From an uncultured Anaerolineaceae bacterium (GTDB taxonomy: Bacteria; Planctomycetota; Phycisphaerae; FEN-1346; JAACEH01), in the NCBI GenBank assembly GCA_964500225.1, contig CAZCOA010000002.1, positions 37,022 to 101,021 of the forward strand: 64,000 nt of DNA. The letters run 5' to 3'. Numbering within the stretch: the stretch's first letter is position 1; each line of letters starts with the position of its first letter. Below are positions 46,047 to 55,357 of the stretch, one piece after another. The position numbers and the translations under genes are program-made. The notes below the pieces were generated by a model that was not told the DNA's origin, made no database searches, and was given only the letters and a program-made list of their open reading frames with translations.

Positions 46047-46475
46047 TCACGCGAGGCGCTGAACCGCCAGAACGGTGACGTCGTCCTCAAGTCGGCGGCA
46101 CTGACAATGCCCCATGAGTTCGTTGTGCAGTGTCTGGGTGACGGTCTCGGCCGCCCCAAGACCATCCCGCGCAAGAAGCTCCTTCAGTCGGTCCAGGCCG
46201 AACTGGTTGCCGTCGGTGTCAACCGCCTCGACAACGCCGTCCGTGTAGAGCAGCAGCAGGTCTCTCGGCCCGAGGTCCGTCTTGACGTCGTGGTAGGCCG
46301 CCTCGCCCTCAATGCCCAGGGGAATGCCGCCGCGGGCGCCGAGTTCTTCGATGTGCCCGGCTCGGCGCCGGACCAGGCCCTGCGGATGACCGGCCACGGC
46401 TTGCATTTGGGCGGCGGGGATGCTACAAGGGGCCGCCGCAGTCGCCGATTTCCGGTGGCCGGCCGCTGGACACAT
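46047..46475 (-). pseudogene. C-terminal remnant of a PP2C/SpoIIE-family serine phosphatase
   Basis: ...AVAGHPQGLVRRRAGHIEEL...GGIPLGIEGEAAY...DLLLLYTDGVVEA...DVTVLAVQRL matches only the C-terminal half of the PPM fold (NAGHPPPLL and LLLYTDG blocks). An in-frame stop lies 14 nt before the divergent nitrilase gene. The N-terminal metal-binding half is absent. Confidence 0.45.
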
Positions 46476-46492
46476 GACGAGGAGATCGACTC

Positions 46493-47353
46493 ATGGCCGC
46501 ACGAGGTACACTACGGGTGGCGACGGTGCAATTTGCCGTGACGGCCGATCCGCGCCATAATGGCCGCATCATCCGGCGCTTCATGGCCCGCGCCAAGGCG
46601 GCCCGCGCCGACGTCGTGCATTTCAGCGAATGCGCCCTCAGCGGCTACGCCGGGAGCGAGTTCACGACGTGGGACGGCTACCCGTGGGAAACGCTGCGGC
46701 AGGAGACCGAGCGCGTCATGGCCGAGGCGCGACGCCTGAAGCTCTGGACGATCCTCGGCAGCACCCATCCGCTGACGCCCCCGAACAAACCGCACAACTC
46801 ACTCTATGTAATCGATTCGCGCGGACGCATCGTGGACCGGTACGACAAACGGTTCCTGACCGTCGGCGACCTCGACTACTACTCGGCCGGCAACCACTGG
46901 ACCACGTGGACCCTCAACGGCGTCAAGTGCGCCGCGTTGATCTGCTTCGACGTGCGATTCCCGGAGGTGTACCGTGAGATCAAGAAGCTCGGCGTCGAGA
47001 TGGTGTTCCAGTCGTTCTACAACGCGCGCGTCACCAAGCGCGGGCCGCACATCCACACGTACATCATGCGACAGACCGCTCAGGCTCAGTGCGGCATCAA
47101 CTACCTGTGGATGAGCGCGAACAACTCGTCGGCGTGGTACAGCTCGTGGCCGAGCGTGTTCATCCGGCCCGACGGGTTCATCGCCGGACAGCTCCCGATG
47201 AACCGTGCCGGCATGATGGTCAACGTGGTGGACACCCACAAGACCTTCTACGACGCCTCGGGCCGCTTCCGCGCCGCCGCCATGCGCGGCCAACTGCACA
47301 GCGGCACACAGCCCCGCCGCGACCCGCGCAGCCGCAACCGAACATCCCTCTAG
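46493..47353 (+). CDS. carbon-nitrogen hydrolase (nitrilase superfamily) protein
   Basis: Catalytic triad contexts VVHFSECAL (Glu), RYDKRFL (Lys), ALICFDVRFPE (Cys). Confidence 0.85.
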   Translation: MAARGTLRVATVQFAVTADPRHNGRIIRRFMARAKAARADVVHFSECALSGYAGSEFTTWDGYPWETLRQETERVMAEARRLKLWTILGSTHPLTPPNKPHNSLYVIDSRGRIVDRYDKRFLTVGDLDYYSAGNHWTTWTLNGVKCAALICFDVRFPEVYREIKKLGVEMVFQSFYNARVTKRGPHIHTYIMRQTAQAQCGINYLWMSANNSSAWYSSWPSVFIRPDGFIAGQLPMNRAGMMVNVVDTHKTFYDASGRFRAAAMRGQLHSGTQPRRDPRSRNRTSL

Positions 47354-47363
47354 TGCGTCGAAG

Positions 47364-48287
47364 TCACTGGCCATTTCGTGGGGCCGCACGTGGAAACGAC
47401 GGCGCATCGACGTCCACGTGCGCGTCCACTGGCGGCTCGCGGTAGGCGAATGCCGACGACGGCAGTTCCTTGGTCAGCGTGATGTCCTTGAGGTCCAGCG
47501 TCACGACCGTCTCGTTGCGGACGGGATCCAGCAACAGAAAACGAAAGACCAGTGTGCCGGGAACGCGGACCCCCTCCACCTCGCGATAGTTCGACAGCGT
47601 GCTGACCACAATCGGTTCGCCCGAGGGGTCCAGCAGACGTACGCTCACCGGATCGTGCTTATACCGGTCCAGATGAATCTCCTGAACCACGCACATCGAA
47701 GCGAAGCCGCCGTGGGCATCCGACGGCAGAGGCGACTCCGCCACCACCTGGATTACGTCCGTGTCCGGGTCGCGTCGGAACATCGCGCGGCCGTCGGTCG
47801 GCACGGCGAACATGCCGAGCGTTTCCAGCAGCCGGTCCGGCCGCAGGAGCAACCGTTCCTGCCCCGGGCCGCCATGGCGGCCTTTCCACTCGGTCGAGGT
47901 CTTCGGCTTGACCCAGAACCAGTACTGCTGGTCGTTGGAATGCAGACCGAACACCGCGCCGACAAACGGGGCCTTGCCCTGGAGCAGCAGGTTGCGCGGC
48001 TTGTCGAAGATGAAATGTCCGTCGGCCGCGTACGATTCGCGCCCCGTCACCGATGTGCCGGCGTCGTCGAATTTCGGCATGTCCACGACGATGTGACATC
48101 GCGACCAGAGTCGCTGAATGCTTTCCGCCCGGGCGTTGTAGCTCGAGAGCACCGCATGGCGAGACAGGAATTGTTGCGGCTGCACGGGAGGTTTGCAGCC
48201 CGCCGACGCCGCCGCGACGCAACCCGCCACCAAGGCCGCCGCGACGAAACGCCGCCACGTCCGTCGATCACGATGCCTGCTCACCAC
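47364..48287 (-). CDS. hypothetical lipoprotein
   Basis: Signal peptide with lipobox LVAGCVAAASAGC. 307 aa, no recognised catalytic motif. Confidence 0.4.
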   Translation of the reverse strand: MVSRHRDRRTWRRFVAAALVAGCVAAASAGCKPPVQPQQFLSRHAVLSSYNARAESIQRLWSRCHIVVDMPKFDDAGTSVTGRESYAADGHFIFDKPRNLLLQGKAPFVGAVFGLHSNDQQYWFWVKPKTSTEWKGRHGGPGQERLLLRPDRLLETLGMFAVPTDGRAMFRRDPDTDVIQVVAESPLPSDAHGGFASMCVVQEIHLDRYKHDPVSVRLLDPSGEPIVVSTLSNYREVEGVRVPGTLVFRFLLLDPVRNETVVTLDLKDITLTKELPSSAFAYREPPVDAHVDVDAPSFPRAAPRNGQ

Positions 48288-48834
48288 CGGACGGTTCCTC
48301 CTGGGCTCCTTCGGCGCCGCCGTCGATCAGGTCGAGCAACGTGCCGATCTCCTGGCTGACGGCGATCACCGCCTCGTCGCTGAGGCGACGGTCCATCAGC
48401 TCGTGGACCTCGCGCGAGCGGGACTTGCGGACCAGCATATAACTGCGATTGCCGCGGCGGCGCGTCCCCTCCATCTTCAGGCGACGCTTGCGGATCAACA
48501 TCAGCCCGATCACGTAGCGAAAATCCAGCCGCGATTCGTCCTCGGTGTCGGCGAGCCGGAAGAACACCTCCAGCAGCCGATCGTCATCGATCACGATGCG
48601 TTTTTTCTTTGGCTGCTCGGGTTCCGGCAGCCGTGTTCGCCAGAACGCCAGCCGCTCGATCCGTTCGCCGGGCCAGTGGTCCATGCAGAAGTCCAACCGC
48701 GACAGCCCGTGCGGATGCTCCGGCGAAGGTTCGACTTCGTACAGTGCAGAGATAAACTCCTCCCGCGGTTGAAACTCGCGGCCGCAGTGCTTGCACACGC
48801 GGCGGCCCGATTCGATGGGGTAATCCTGTGTCAT
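48268..48834 (-). CDS. hypothetical protein with N-terminal zinc-ribbon (CKHC...C..H)
   Basis: 188 aa, charged. RVCKHCGREF at N-terminus. Overlaps the downstream lipoprotein gene by 20 nt. Confidence 0.4.
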   Translation of the reverse strand: MTQDYPIESGRRVCKHCGREFQPREEFISALYEVEPSPEHPHGLSRLDFCMDHWPGERIERLAFWRTRLPEPEQPKKKRIVIDDDRLLEVFFRLADTEDESRLDFRYVIGLMLIRKRRLKMEGTRRRGNRSYMLVRKSRSREVHELMDRRLSDEAVIAVSQEIGTLLDLIDGGAEGAQEEPSGGEQAS

Positions 48835-48877
48835 GATTCCTCTGACTGCCTGATTGCGAAAACGTGCTCGGCGAAGT

Positions 48878-49171
48878 TCAGCGAGCGCGGAAAAACCGTG
48901 TCGTGGTGCCGTTCGGTCCTATTCGCACCGTTACTTTCCCGGCACATTTCGGGCACCAGCCCACGTATGCCGTTCCGCCTGCGTTGCGGTACACCCGGGC
49001 GTACACGTTGCAGCACTCGAAATGAACGCTGATCCACGGCCGCCCCCGACCGCGGTCCTGCGCCGTGGCATCCTGTGCGGGCCGGCCGCCCAGCATCCGC
49101 GCCGCCTCGTCGCTCAGATCGAGAATGTCCTCGTCGTCTCCCGACATCGCTCGTGGCATCCGGCACCACAA
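48878..49171 (-). CDS. small Cys-rich hypothetical protein
   Basis: ...ISVHFECCNVYARVYRNAGGTAYVGWCPKCAGKVTV... carries four Cys in a CC...C..C arrangement. The acidic N-terminal part may be an artefact (alternative ATG starts at codons 5 and 9). Confidence 0.3.
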   Translation of the reverse strand: MWCRMPRAMSGDDEDILDLSDEAARMLGGRPAQDATAQDRGRGRPWISVHFECCNVYARVYRNAGGTAYVGWCPKCAGKVTVRIGPNGTTTRFFRAR

Positions 49172-49175
49172 TCCC

Positions 49176-49829
49176 CTAACCTCGCCGCGCCCGGATTGCT
49201 TCCAAGCACTCCTGCTTCAGCTCGGCCACCGTATCCTGCCGCTCGTCCAGTTCCTTCATAATGTCGGCCGCCAGACGCTGGTCCTTGATACCGGCAAGGT
49301 TCACCTCGACATTGACACGGCTTGCGGCGAAGGCGGCCTCGGCCAAAATGGCCGCCACCGCCACGTCGCTCAGCAGGTTCGCATTGGCAAGGTTGGCCAG
49401 TTCGACCGCTGCCTCGAGCGTCCGCTCGGCCAGACGTGTAGCCGCCAACGGCACCTGCATCGATTCCGTCAGGGTTTGCTGGATCGCCGCGGTCCGTGCC
49501 GCTTTCTCGGCATCGGTTCCTTTCGGCAGCCGGTAGGCCTCCATCACGGCGCCGTAGGCGGCGATATCCTTGTGCATCAGGTCCACAAACGCCGCCCGCG
49601 CCTCCGCCAACGCCGAAAGGTCCGCACGGATGCGAGGCTCGACGTCCTGATACTTCTCGCGCCCCGCCGTGAAGTTTGCCGCCATCGACGCCATGGTCGT
49701 CGCCAGCGCGCCGACGAGGGCCGCCACGCTGCCGCCGCCCGGCGTCGGCTTGTCCGCCGCCGCGTCGTCCAGGTACTCCCTCAACGGACGATCCAGGTAG
49801 CTGTTCACGGCCATCTCCTTGCGATTCAC
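49176..49829 (-). CDS. cyclodeaminase/cyclohydrolase (FTCD C-terminal domain-like) family protein
   Basis: LREYLDDAAADKPTPGGGSVAALVGALATTMASMAANFTAGREKY is the signature of the formiminotransferase-cyclodeaminase / methenyl-THF cyclohydrolase helical family. Confidence 0.7.
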   Translation of the reverse strand: MNRKEMAVNSYLDRPLREYLDDAAADKPTPGGGSVAALVGALATTMASMAANFTAGREKYQDVEPRIRADLSALAEARAAFVDLMHKDIAAYGAVMEAYRLPKGTDAEKAARTAAIQQTLTESMQVPLAATRLAERTLEAAVELANLANANLLSDVAVAAILAEAAFAASRVNVEVNLAGIKDQRLAADIMKELDERQDTVAELKQECLEAIRARRG

Positions 49830-52600
49830 TGCGGCGGCAGATGCTCCCGCTGCGCCGGCGCCTCGGCCGCTGCCGGCCCGCGCATCACTTTCAGCACCTC
49901 GGCATCGTACGGCTGGCGCAGCGACTGGACGTCCACCTGGTCCGGCTGCGGCGTCGTCACGCAGATGACCGCGTGCCCGATATACTTGTTGACCGCCCGA
50001 TGCACATCCTCGGCCGTCACCGCGGCCAGACGCGCCGCGTACTTCTCCTCGAAATCATACCCCAATCCATACAACTCGTCGAGCGCCATCGTCAGCGCGA
50101 CCTGCTCGGGCAATTGGCGGCTCATCCGACGGCTGCTGAGAATCGTCGCCTTGGCACGACGCAGGTCGTCCTCGCCGAAGGCATAGTCCCGACCCGAGTA
50201 AATCAGATCCTGCATCAGTCGGGCCACCTTGGTCGCGTTTGCGGGCTGACACACGGCATAGGCCATATAGCCGCCCGGCAACAGCCCCGCCCGGCCGGTG
50301 AAATGGACCACGTACACCAGGGACTGGCCTCGCAGCGTGTCGTGCAGCCACCCGCGCGGCATGTGATAGCCGGAACACACCGTGTCAAACACGTCCATCG
50401 CGATCCGGTCATCCGTCTGGAACAGATCCGGGCCGCCATAGCCAAGCGTAATCACCGCGGCCCTCTTGTCCGTGCTGCGCACGTTCACTTCCACGTCCGC
50501 AACCTGGCGCATCGCGACGCCCTGCGGCGGCGTCATGGGTTCGCCCGCCTGGAGCGTGGCGAACGCCTTGGCGACCAGCGCCTCGACCGTCTCCGGATCC
50601 ACGTCGCCGGCCACCGACAGGACCATGTTACGTCCGCAACGGACCTTCTCGTAGAACGTCCGGAGTTCCTCGACCGTCAGCCGTCCGATACTCTCTTCCG
50701 TACCCGGCGCCGGGAACCGGTACGGGCTGCCCGTGTAGAACGTCTCGTTGAAGAAGAGCATCCCCTCGCCCACGGGATCGCCCTGGGCGCCGCGGAGGGC
50801 GGCCAGTTGCCGCTGCCGCGCGGACTCCAGCAACTCGGCCGAGAACGCCGGCCGCAGCACAATGTCGGCAAAGACGTCCAGGGCTTTTTCAAAATCCGAC
50901 CGCAGCACGATCGACTCGACATAAAGGGAGTTCCACCCGCTGTCGGCATCGATGCGTCCGCCCAGGCCGTCGAAGAATGCGGCTATTTGTTCCTCGTTGC
51001 GGGTGGTCGTACCGCGAGTCAGGTATTGAGCCGCCATGGATGACAGCCCCGCCGTCTCGGCCGTCTCGAAGGTCTGCCCGGCCTTCATCGCCGCGATCAT
51101 GCTCACGGCGGGCTGCCCTGGCGTCCGGTAGATCAGCAACGTCAGACCGCTCGGCTCGAGCACTTTGCGGATCGTCGTCGGTTTCATACTCGTGACGGCT
51201 TTGCCCTCGGACGCCTCAGCAGCCTGTGGCGGACGCACGATGGCCGTGACGCTATGCGCTCCCAGAAGATATTTCCGTGCTGCCTGCTGTACCTGGGCAG
51301 CCGTCACGGCCTGGATTCGCTGCACATACCGCGCCGAGAAGAACGGGTCCTGCAAGTGCAACTGGTCCGACGCCAGACTCGACGCCTGGGCATCGGCCGT
51401 GCGATGGCGCATCAGCCGTCCGGCGGTCACCTGCGTTTTGACCTTCTGCAACTCCTCATCGGTGGGCGGCTCGCGGCACACGGCCGCCAGGTGCTCCGCC
51501 ACGGCCGCGCGCACCGCGTCCGCCTTGTCGGGATCGCAGGTAAACGACACGATGAACTGCCCGCCGGGCCAGTACGGGGTGTAGTTCGACGCATCGATGC
51601 CATACACCAGATTGCGACGCGTCTTGAGGTCGGCCGACAGACGGCTGCTCGCCCCATCACCCAGGATGCCGGCCAGCACGTCCAGCGGATACAAATCCGG
51701 ATCGCTTAGCCGGCAGCTCGGGTACCCGATCATGACCTGGGCCAGCTTGGTGCCCATTTCCTTGACAACCACAATGTCCGACGCCGGCGGCGGCGCCTCC
51801 GGCAGCACGGCCGGACGAACGTGCGGTCCGCTCCATGAGGCAAAGGCCCGCTCCAACTGGGCCATCGCTTCGGCCCCGTCTATATCGCCTGCCGCCACGG
51901 CCACCGCATTCGACGGCACGTAATGCATCTTGTAGTACTTCACCACGTCGTCGCGGGTCAGTTTCTGGATGTTCTTGTAGTAGCCGATGGTCGGCATGCC
52001 CTGAGGCAGACCGCGAAACGCCGTCTCACTGAACAGGTAGTAGAGCTGTCGGTCCGGATCCGATTCGCCGGTCAGGATCTCCCGCTGCACGACCTCGAAC
52101 TCGCGGTCGAACTCGGCCTGCGGCATCGCCGCGTTCATGATGTTGTCCGACAACAGGCCGATGGCCGTCTCCAGGTGCTCGGGCGTGGTGCGGATGAAGT
52201 ATGCCGTCTGGTCGCTGGACGTGTAGGCGTTGGTCGTCGCGCCGATGTCGGCGATGATGCGGTCGATCTCGGCCTCGCTGCGCGTCGTGGTCGAACCGCC
52301 GGCCACCAGATGTTCCACCAAGTGGCTGATGCCCGCGCCCAGGTACTCGCCTTCGAGAATGCCGCCGGCCCGTACCATCACATACACGCTCGCCACCGGG
52401 GCAGCGCGGTTTTCTTTCGTGATCAGCGTCAGTCCGTTGTCCAGCCGCTTGATCCGGACGCCCTGGGCCTCGCGGGCCACCAGGTCGTCGTCTGCGGCCT
52501 CGCCGTCAGCCCACAGAACCGTGGGCAGGGCGCCCAACGCCAGCACCGCCACGGTCAGCGCCGTTTTGACCCTCTCTCGAATCCACTGCGTTCGCATCAT
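49826..52600 (-). CDS. tandem M16-family (pitrilysin/insulinase-like) zinc peptidase
   Basis: Internal ATG 52600 (MMRTQWIRERVKTALTVAVLALGALP signal; listed ORF has a 275-aa artefactual extension). HxxEH-type inverted zinc motif context GISHLVEHLVAGG. Two M16 active/inactive domain pairs over ~924 aa. ATGA overlap with the upstream M20 gene. Confidence 0.8.
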   Translation of the reverse strand: MMRTQWIRERVKTALTVAVLALGALPTVLWADGEAADDDLVAREAQGVRIKRLDNGLTLITKENRAAPVASVYVMVRAGGILEGEYLGAGISHLVEHLVAGGSTTTRSEAEIDRIIADIGATTNAYTSSDQTAYFIRTTPEHLETAIGLLSDNIMNAAMPQAEFDREFEVVQREILTGESDPDRQLYYLFSETAFRGLPQGMPTIGYYKNIQKLTRDDVVKYYKMHYVPSNAVAVAAGDIDGAEAMAQLERAFASWSGPHVRPAVLPEAPPPASDIVVVKEMGTKLAQVMIGYPSCRLSDPDLYPLDVLAGILGDGASSRLSADLKTRRNLVYGIDASNYTPYWPGGQFIVSFTCDPDKADAVRAAVAEHLAAVCREPPTDEELQKVKTQVTAGRLMRHRTADAQASSLASDQLHLQDPFFSARYVQRIQAVTAAQVQQAARKYLLGAHSVTAIVRPPQAAEASEGKAVTSMKPTTIRKVLEPSGLTLLIYRTPGQPAVSMIAAMKAGQTFETAETAGLSSMAAQYLTRGTTTRNEEQIAAFFDGLGGRIDADSGWNSLYVESIVLRSDFEKALDVFADIVLRPAFSAELLESARQRQLAALRGAQGDPVGEGMLFFNETFYTGSPYRFPAPGTEESIGRLTVEELRTFYEKVRCGRNMVLSVAGDVDPETVEALVAKAFATLQAGEPMTPPQGVAMRQVADVEVNVRSTDKRAAVITLGYGGPDLFQTDDRIAMDVFDTVCSGYHMPRGWLHDTLRGQSLVYVVHFTGRAGLLPGGYMAYAVCQPANATKVARLMQDLIYSGRDYAFGEDDLRRAKATILSSRRMSRQLPEQVALTMALDELYGLGYDFEEKYAARLAAVTAEDVHRAVNKYIGHAVICVTTPQPDQVDVQSLRQPYDAEVLKVMRGPAAAEAPAQREHLPPQ

Positions 52601-53784
52601 CGATTCCCCACCAAGGAAAACAGACACACGGCCATCACGGCCGCGAAATCCACCAACTGATCCACCTCGATCGACTCGTTTGCAACGTGCTCGGTGTTCG
52701 GATCGCCGGGGCAGATACCGATGGCCGGAATCCCTGCCTCGATAAATTGCTTGGCGACGGTCGCGCCGCTCATGCCGAAGGGACTCGGTCGCCTTCCCGT
52801 GACGGACTCCACGGCGTCCGACAGCGCCCGGTACACGTCCGAATCCGTCGGCGCCTGCGTCGGCACGTCCTCGGTCATCACCTCGACCTCGAAGACGGTG
52901 CCGGGGTACTTGCGCTCGAGGCGGTCGATCACATTGCACACCGCCGCCAGCAGTTCGTCGCGGTCCGTTCCCGGCAGGTACCGCATGTCCACCTGCATCT
53001 CGCACGTGGCCGGAACCATGTTCACGGCCGCGCCGCCCGCAATGACCCCCACATTTTTTGTCGGACCCGGCGGCACGAATAGCTCGTTCGTTCCGCCCGG
53101 CATGTGCCACTTGTTCAGCCACAACGCCAGCTCGGCCAGCGGGTAGATGGCGCTCGCGCCCGAGTGCGGCCGCGAGCCGTGCGCCTGGCGGCCGTGGCAG
53201 CGGATTTTCAGAAACAGCAGCCCCTTCTCGGCCACGTCGATGGTTTCCATCCGGTGCCCGGCGTCGGGGACAATCGCTGCGTCGAACCGGCGGAACTGCG
53301 GCTGCTTCAGCAGAAACCGCGTACCGAATTCGCTGCCGCACTCCTCGTCGGCTACCCCGAGCAACAGCACCTGACCGGCCAACTCGTCCTCGTGCTCCTT
53401 GAGCAGCTCCACCGCCGCCAGGCACGAGGCCAGGGGCCCCTTATTGTCTTTGACACCGCGGCCATGGATGCGGCCCCTGCGCACCGTCGCCTTGAACGGG
53501 TCGGTTTTCCACCCATCGCCGGCCGGCACCGTGTCCAGGTGGCACACGACGGCCACCCGCGGACGCCCTTGGCCCACGCAGCCGACGATGTTCGTGCGGC
53601 CGGGGGCCTTTTCCAATTTCTCGTAGGGAATCCGGCGCCGCCGGAAGAACTTCTCGACGACCGCCGCCGCGGCCTGCTCGTTACCCGGCGGATTGACCGT
53701 TCTGGCGGCGACGAGGTCGCCTAGACACGCCACAATCTCTTTGCGCCGCCCGCGTACCTGCGCGATGATGTCCTGGGGTTCCAT
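52597..53784 (-). CDS. M20-family metallopeptidase (ArgE/DapE/acetylornithine deacetylase-like)
   Basis: Metal-binding blocks VVCHLDTVP, GVKDNKG, LLGVADEECGS and the dimerisation domain. Start taken at ATG 53784 (MEPQD...). A TTG at 53814 is the alternative. Confidence 0.8.
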   Translation of the reverse strand: MEPQDIIAQVRGRRKEIVACLGDLVAARTVNPPGNEQAAAAVVEKFFRRRRIPYEKLEKAPGRTNIVGCVGQGRPRVAVVCHLDTVPAGDGWKTDPFKATVRRGRIHGRGVKDNKGPLASCLAAVELLKEHEDELAGQVLLLGVADEECGSEFGTRFLLKQPQFRRFDAAIVPDAGHRMETIDVAEKGLLFLKIRCHGRQAHGSRPHSGASAIYPLAELALWLNKWHMPGGTNELFVPPGPTKNVGVIAGGAAVNMVPATCEMQVDMRYLPGTDRDELLAAVCNVIDRLERKYPGTVFEVEVMTEDVPTQAPTDSDVYRALSDAVESVTGRRPSPFGMSGATVAKQFIEAGIPAIGICPGDPNTEHVANESIEVDQLVDFAAVMAVCLFSLVGNR

Positions 53785-53826
53785 ACGGATCCGGTCGCCA
53801 CGGATCGAGCTCAACGGCGGGATCGT

Positions 53827-54303
53827 TCAGGACTCGTCCCGTTCGCCGGCCTCGACCTCGCTAAGGTAGGCCAATGTCCGCTCGAGTTCGCTCTTCAGGT
53901 GACGCACACGAAGCAGGCTCCGCACTCGTGTCAGCAACTCCAGCTTGCTGATCGGTTTGCTCAGAAAGTCGTCCGTGCCGGCTTCCACCGCCCGCTCGAT
54001 GTCTCCCGTCTCCGTCAGGGCCGTCACCATCACGATCGGGATGTCCTGCGTCTTCTCGTCGGACTTCAGTTTGCGGCAGATTTCAAAGCCACTGACCTTC
54101 GGCATCATGATGTCCAGAAGGATCAGGTCCGGGTTCTCCGCGGCCACCTTCTCCAGCGTCTCCTGGCCGTCGTACGCCACCACCACGTCGCACCCCAGAT
54201 CGTCCAAGTATGCCTGGAGCAGTTCGCAGTTCTGCACGTTGTCGTCGGCCACAAGAATCTTCGATCGCTTGTCCTGACTTGCCGGCTGACTCATGCCTGC
54301 CAC
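53827..54303 (-). CDS. stand-alone response-regulator receiver (CheY-like) protein
   Basis: KILVADDNVQNCELL...LILLDIMMP...VMVTAL...SKPI with phospho-acceptor Asp context. No output domain. Confidence 0.8.
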   Translation of the reverse strand: MAGMSQPASQDKRSKILVADDNVQNCELLQAYLDDLGCDVVVAYDGQETLEKVAAENPDLILLDIMMPKVSGFEICRKLKSDEKTQDIPIVMVTALTETGDIERAVEAGTDDFLSKPISKLELLTRVRSLLRVRHLKSELERTLAYLSEVEAGERDES

Positions 54304-54440
54304 TCCGTCGCCCCCTCATGCTTTCCGGCCGGGCGACCCGATGTCGCCCCGCTCTGCCTGCCGACGCTTCCAGCCACAACGTCCGCCCGACGTGCCGCGG
54401 CATGGATATCGCGCCCGTGCCGCGAGACGGCCGCGCCTGA

Positions 54441-55148
54441 CTACGCTCCGCCGGCAGCCCCCGGCTCACGGCTCTTGAGCATCGCCTGCACCGCCTCGGC
54501 CAGCCGCGGCGTTGCCGTGTGCCCGTCGGCCACCAGTTGCGCACGAAGGTGACTGGCGAGCACGTCAAACGACCCCGCTGAGTCGATCCCATACCAGTGC
54601 GGCATCAACCCCATCACCAGGCTTAGACGCTCCGATCGCGACACCAACCGGTCGAACACCGTGGCCCGGTCGTCCCAGTCGAAGCCCTGGAACACGTGCG
54701 GCATGTCCACCGAGAAACCGACCGCGTACACGTCGCCGTCCATGGCCGGGCCGATGACCAGGTCATCCACCAGCAGATCGTCGAACGCCCGGACCACGAA
54801 CTCGTGCGGCAACGTCGCCGCCGTGGGCCACAGGGCCAGCACACGGCGGTGGCCGCCCCGGAACGCCCGCTCGGCCAGATCAATCAGCGTTTCGCCCCGG
54901 TCGGGCCCTTTGCGTTCCACCAGACGCCACTGTTTCGACCCCATCAAGGCCACCCGCTTCCGCGCCCCATGCGGGCCATACAGCAGCAGCCGCGTCCGAA
55001 CGTTCAACGCCGCGTAAGCCTGGCACATGTCCATCACGGCGGCGCGATAGACCTTCGCCGCCTCGTCAGCCGTCAGGCGGCCGACCAAGTGGCTGAAGAC
55101 CTGACCCGGAACCGGGTCCTGCACCACCAGTGCCAACAGCGTGGACAT
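54441..55148 (-). CDS. DUF2064 (TIGR04282-like glycosyltransferase-fold) family protein
   Basis: N-terminal LLALVVQDPVPGQVFSHLVGRLTADEAAKVYRAAVMDM matches the DUF2064 opening (..APVPGRVKTRL..). Confidence 0.45.
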   Translation of the reverse strand: MSTLLALVVQDPVPGQVFSHLVGRLTADEAAKVYRAAVMDMCQAYAALNVRTRLLLYGPHGARKRVALMGSKQWRLVERKGPDRGETLIDLAERAFRGGHRRVLALWPTAATLPHEFVVRAFDDLLVDDLVIGPAMDGDVYAVGFSVDMPHVFQGFDWDDRATVFDRLVSRSERLSLVMGLMPHWYGIDSAGSFDVLASHLRAQLVADGHTATPRLAEAVQAMLKSREPGAAGGA

Positions 55149-55357
55149 GGCCTGTCCTTCATAGACGCGCCCTGGAACGAAACAGCGGTCTTCACCAGAC
55201 CGCGTGACATACGATTATAGTTGTGCCTCGGGGACAAGTCTATGAAAAACGAAGGACCGCCTGCGGCCACGGTGGAGTTGACGCCCGCGGCGGCTCAGGA
55301 TACCATCTTTCCCATCCCCGGCGGCACCGGTCGAGCCGGGACACGTGTTTCTTTTGG

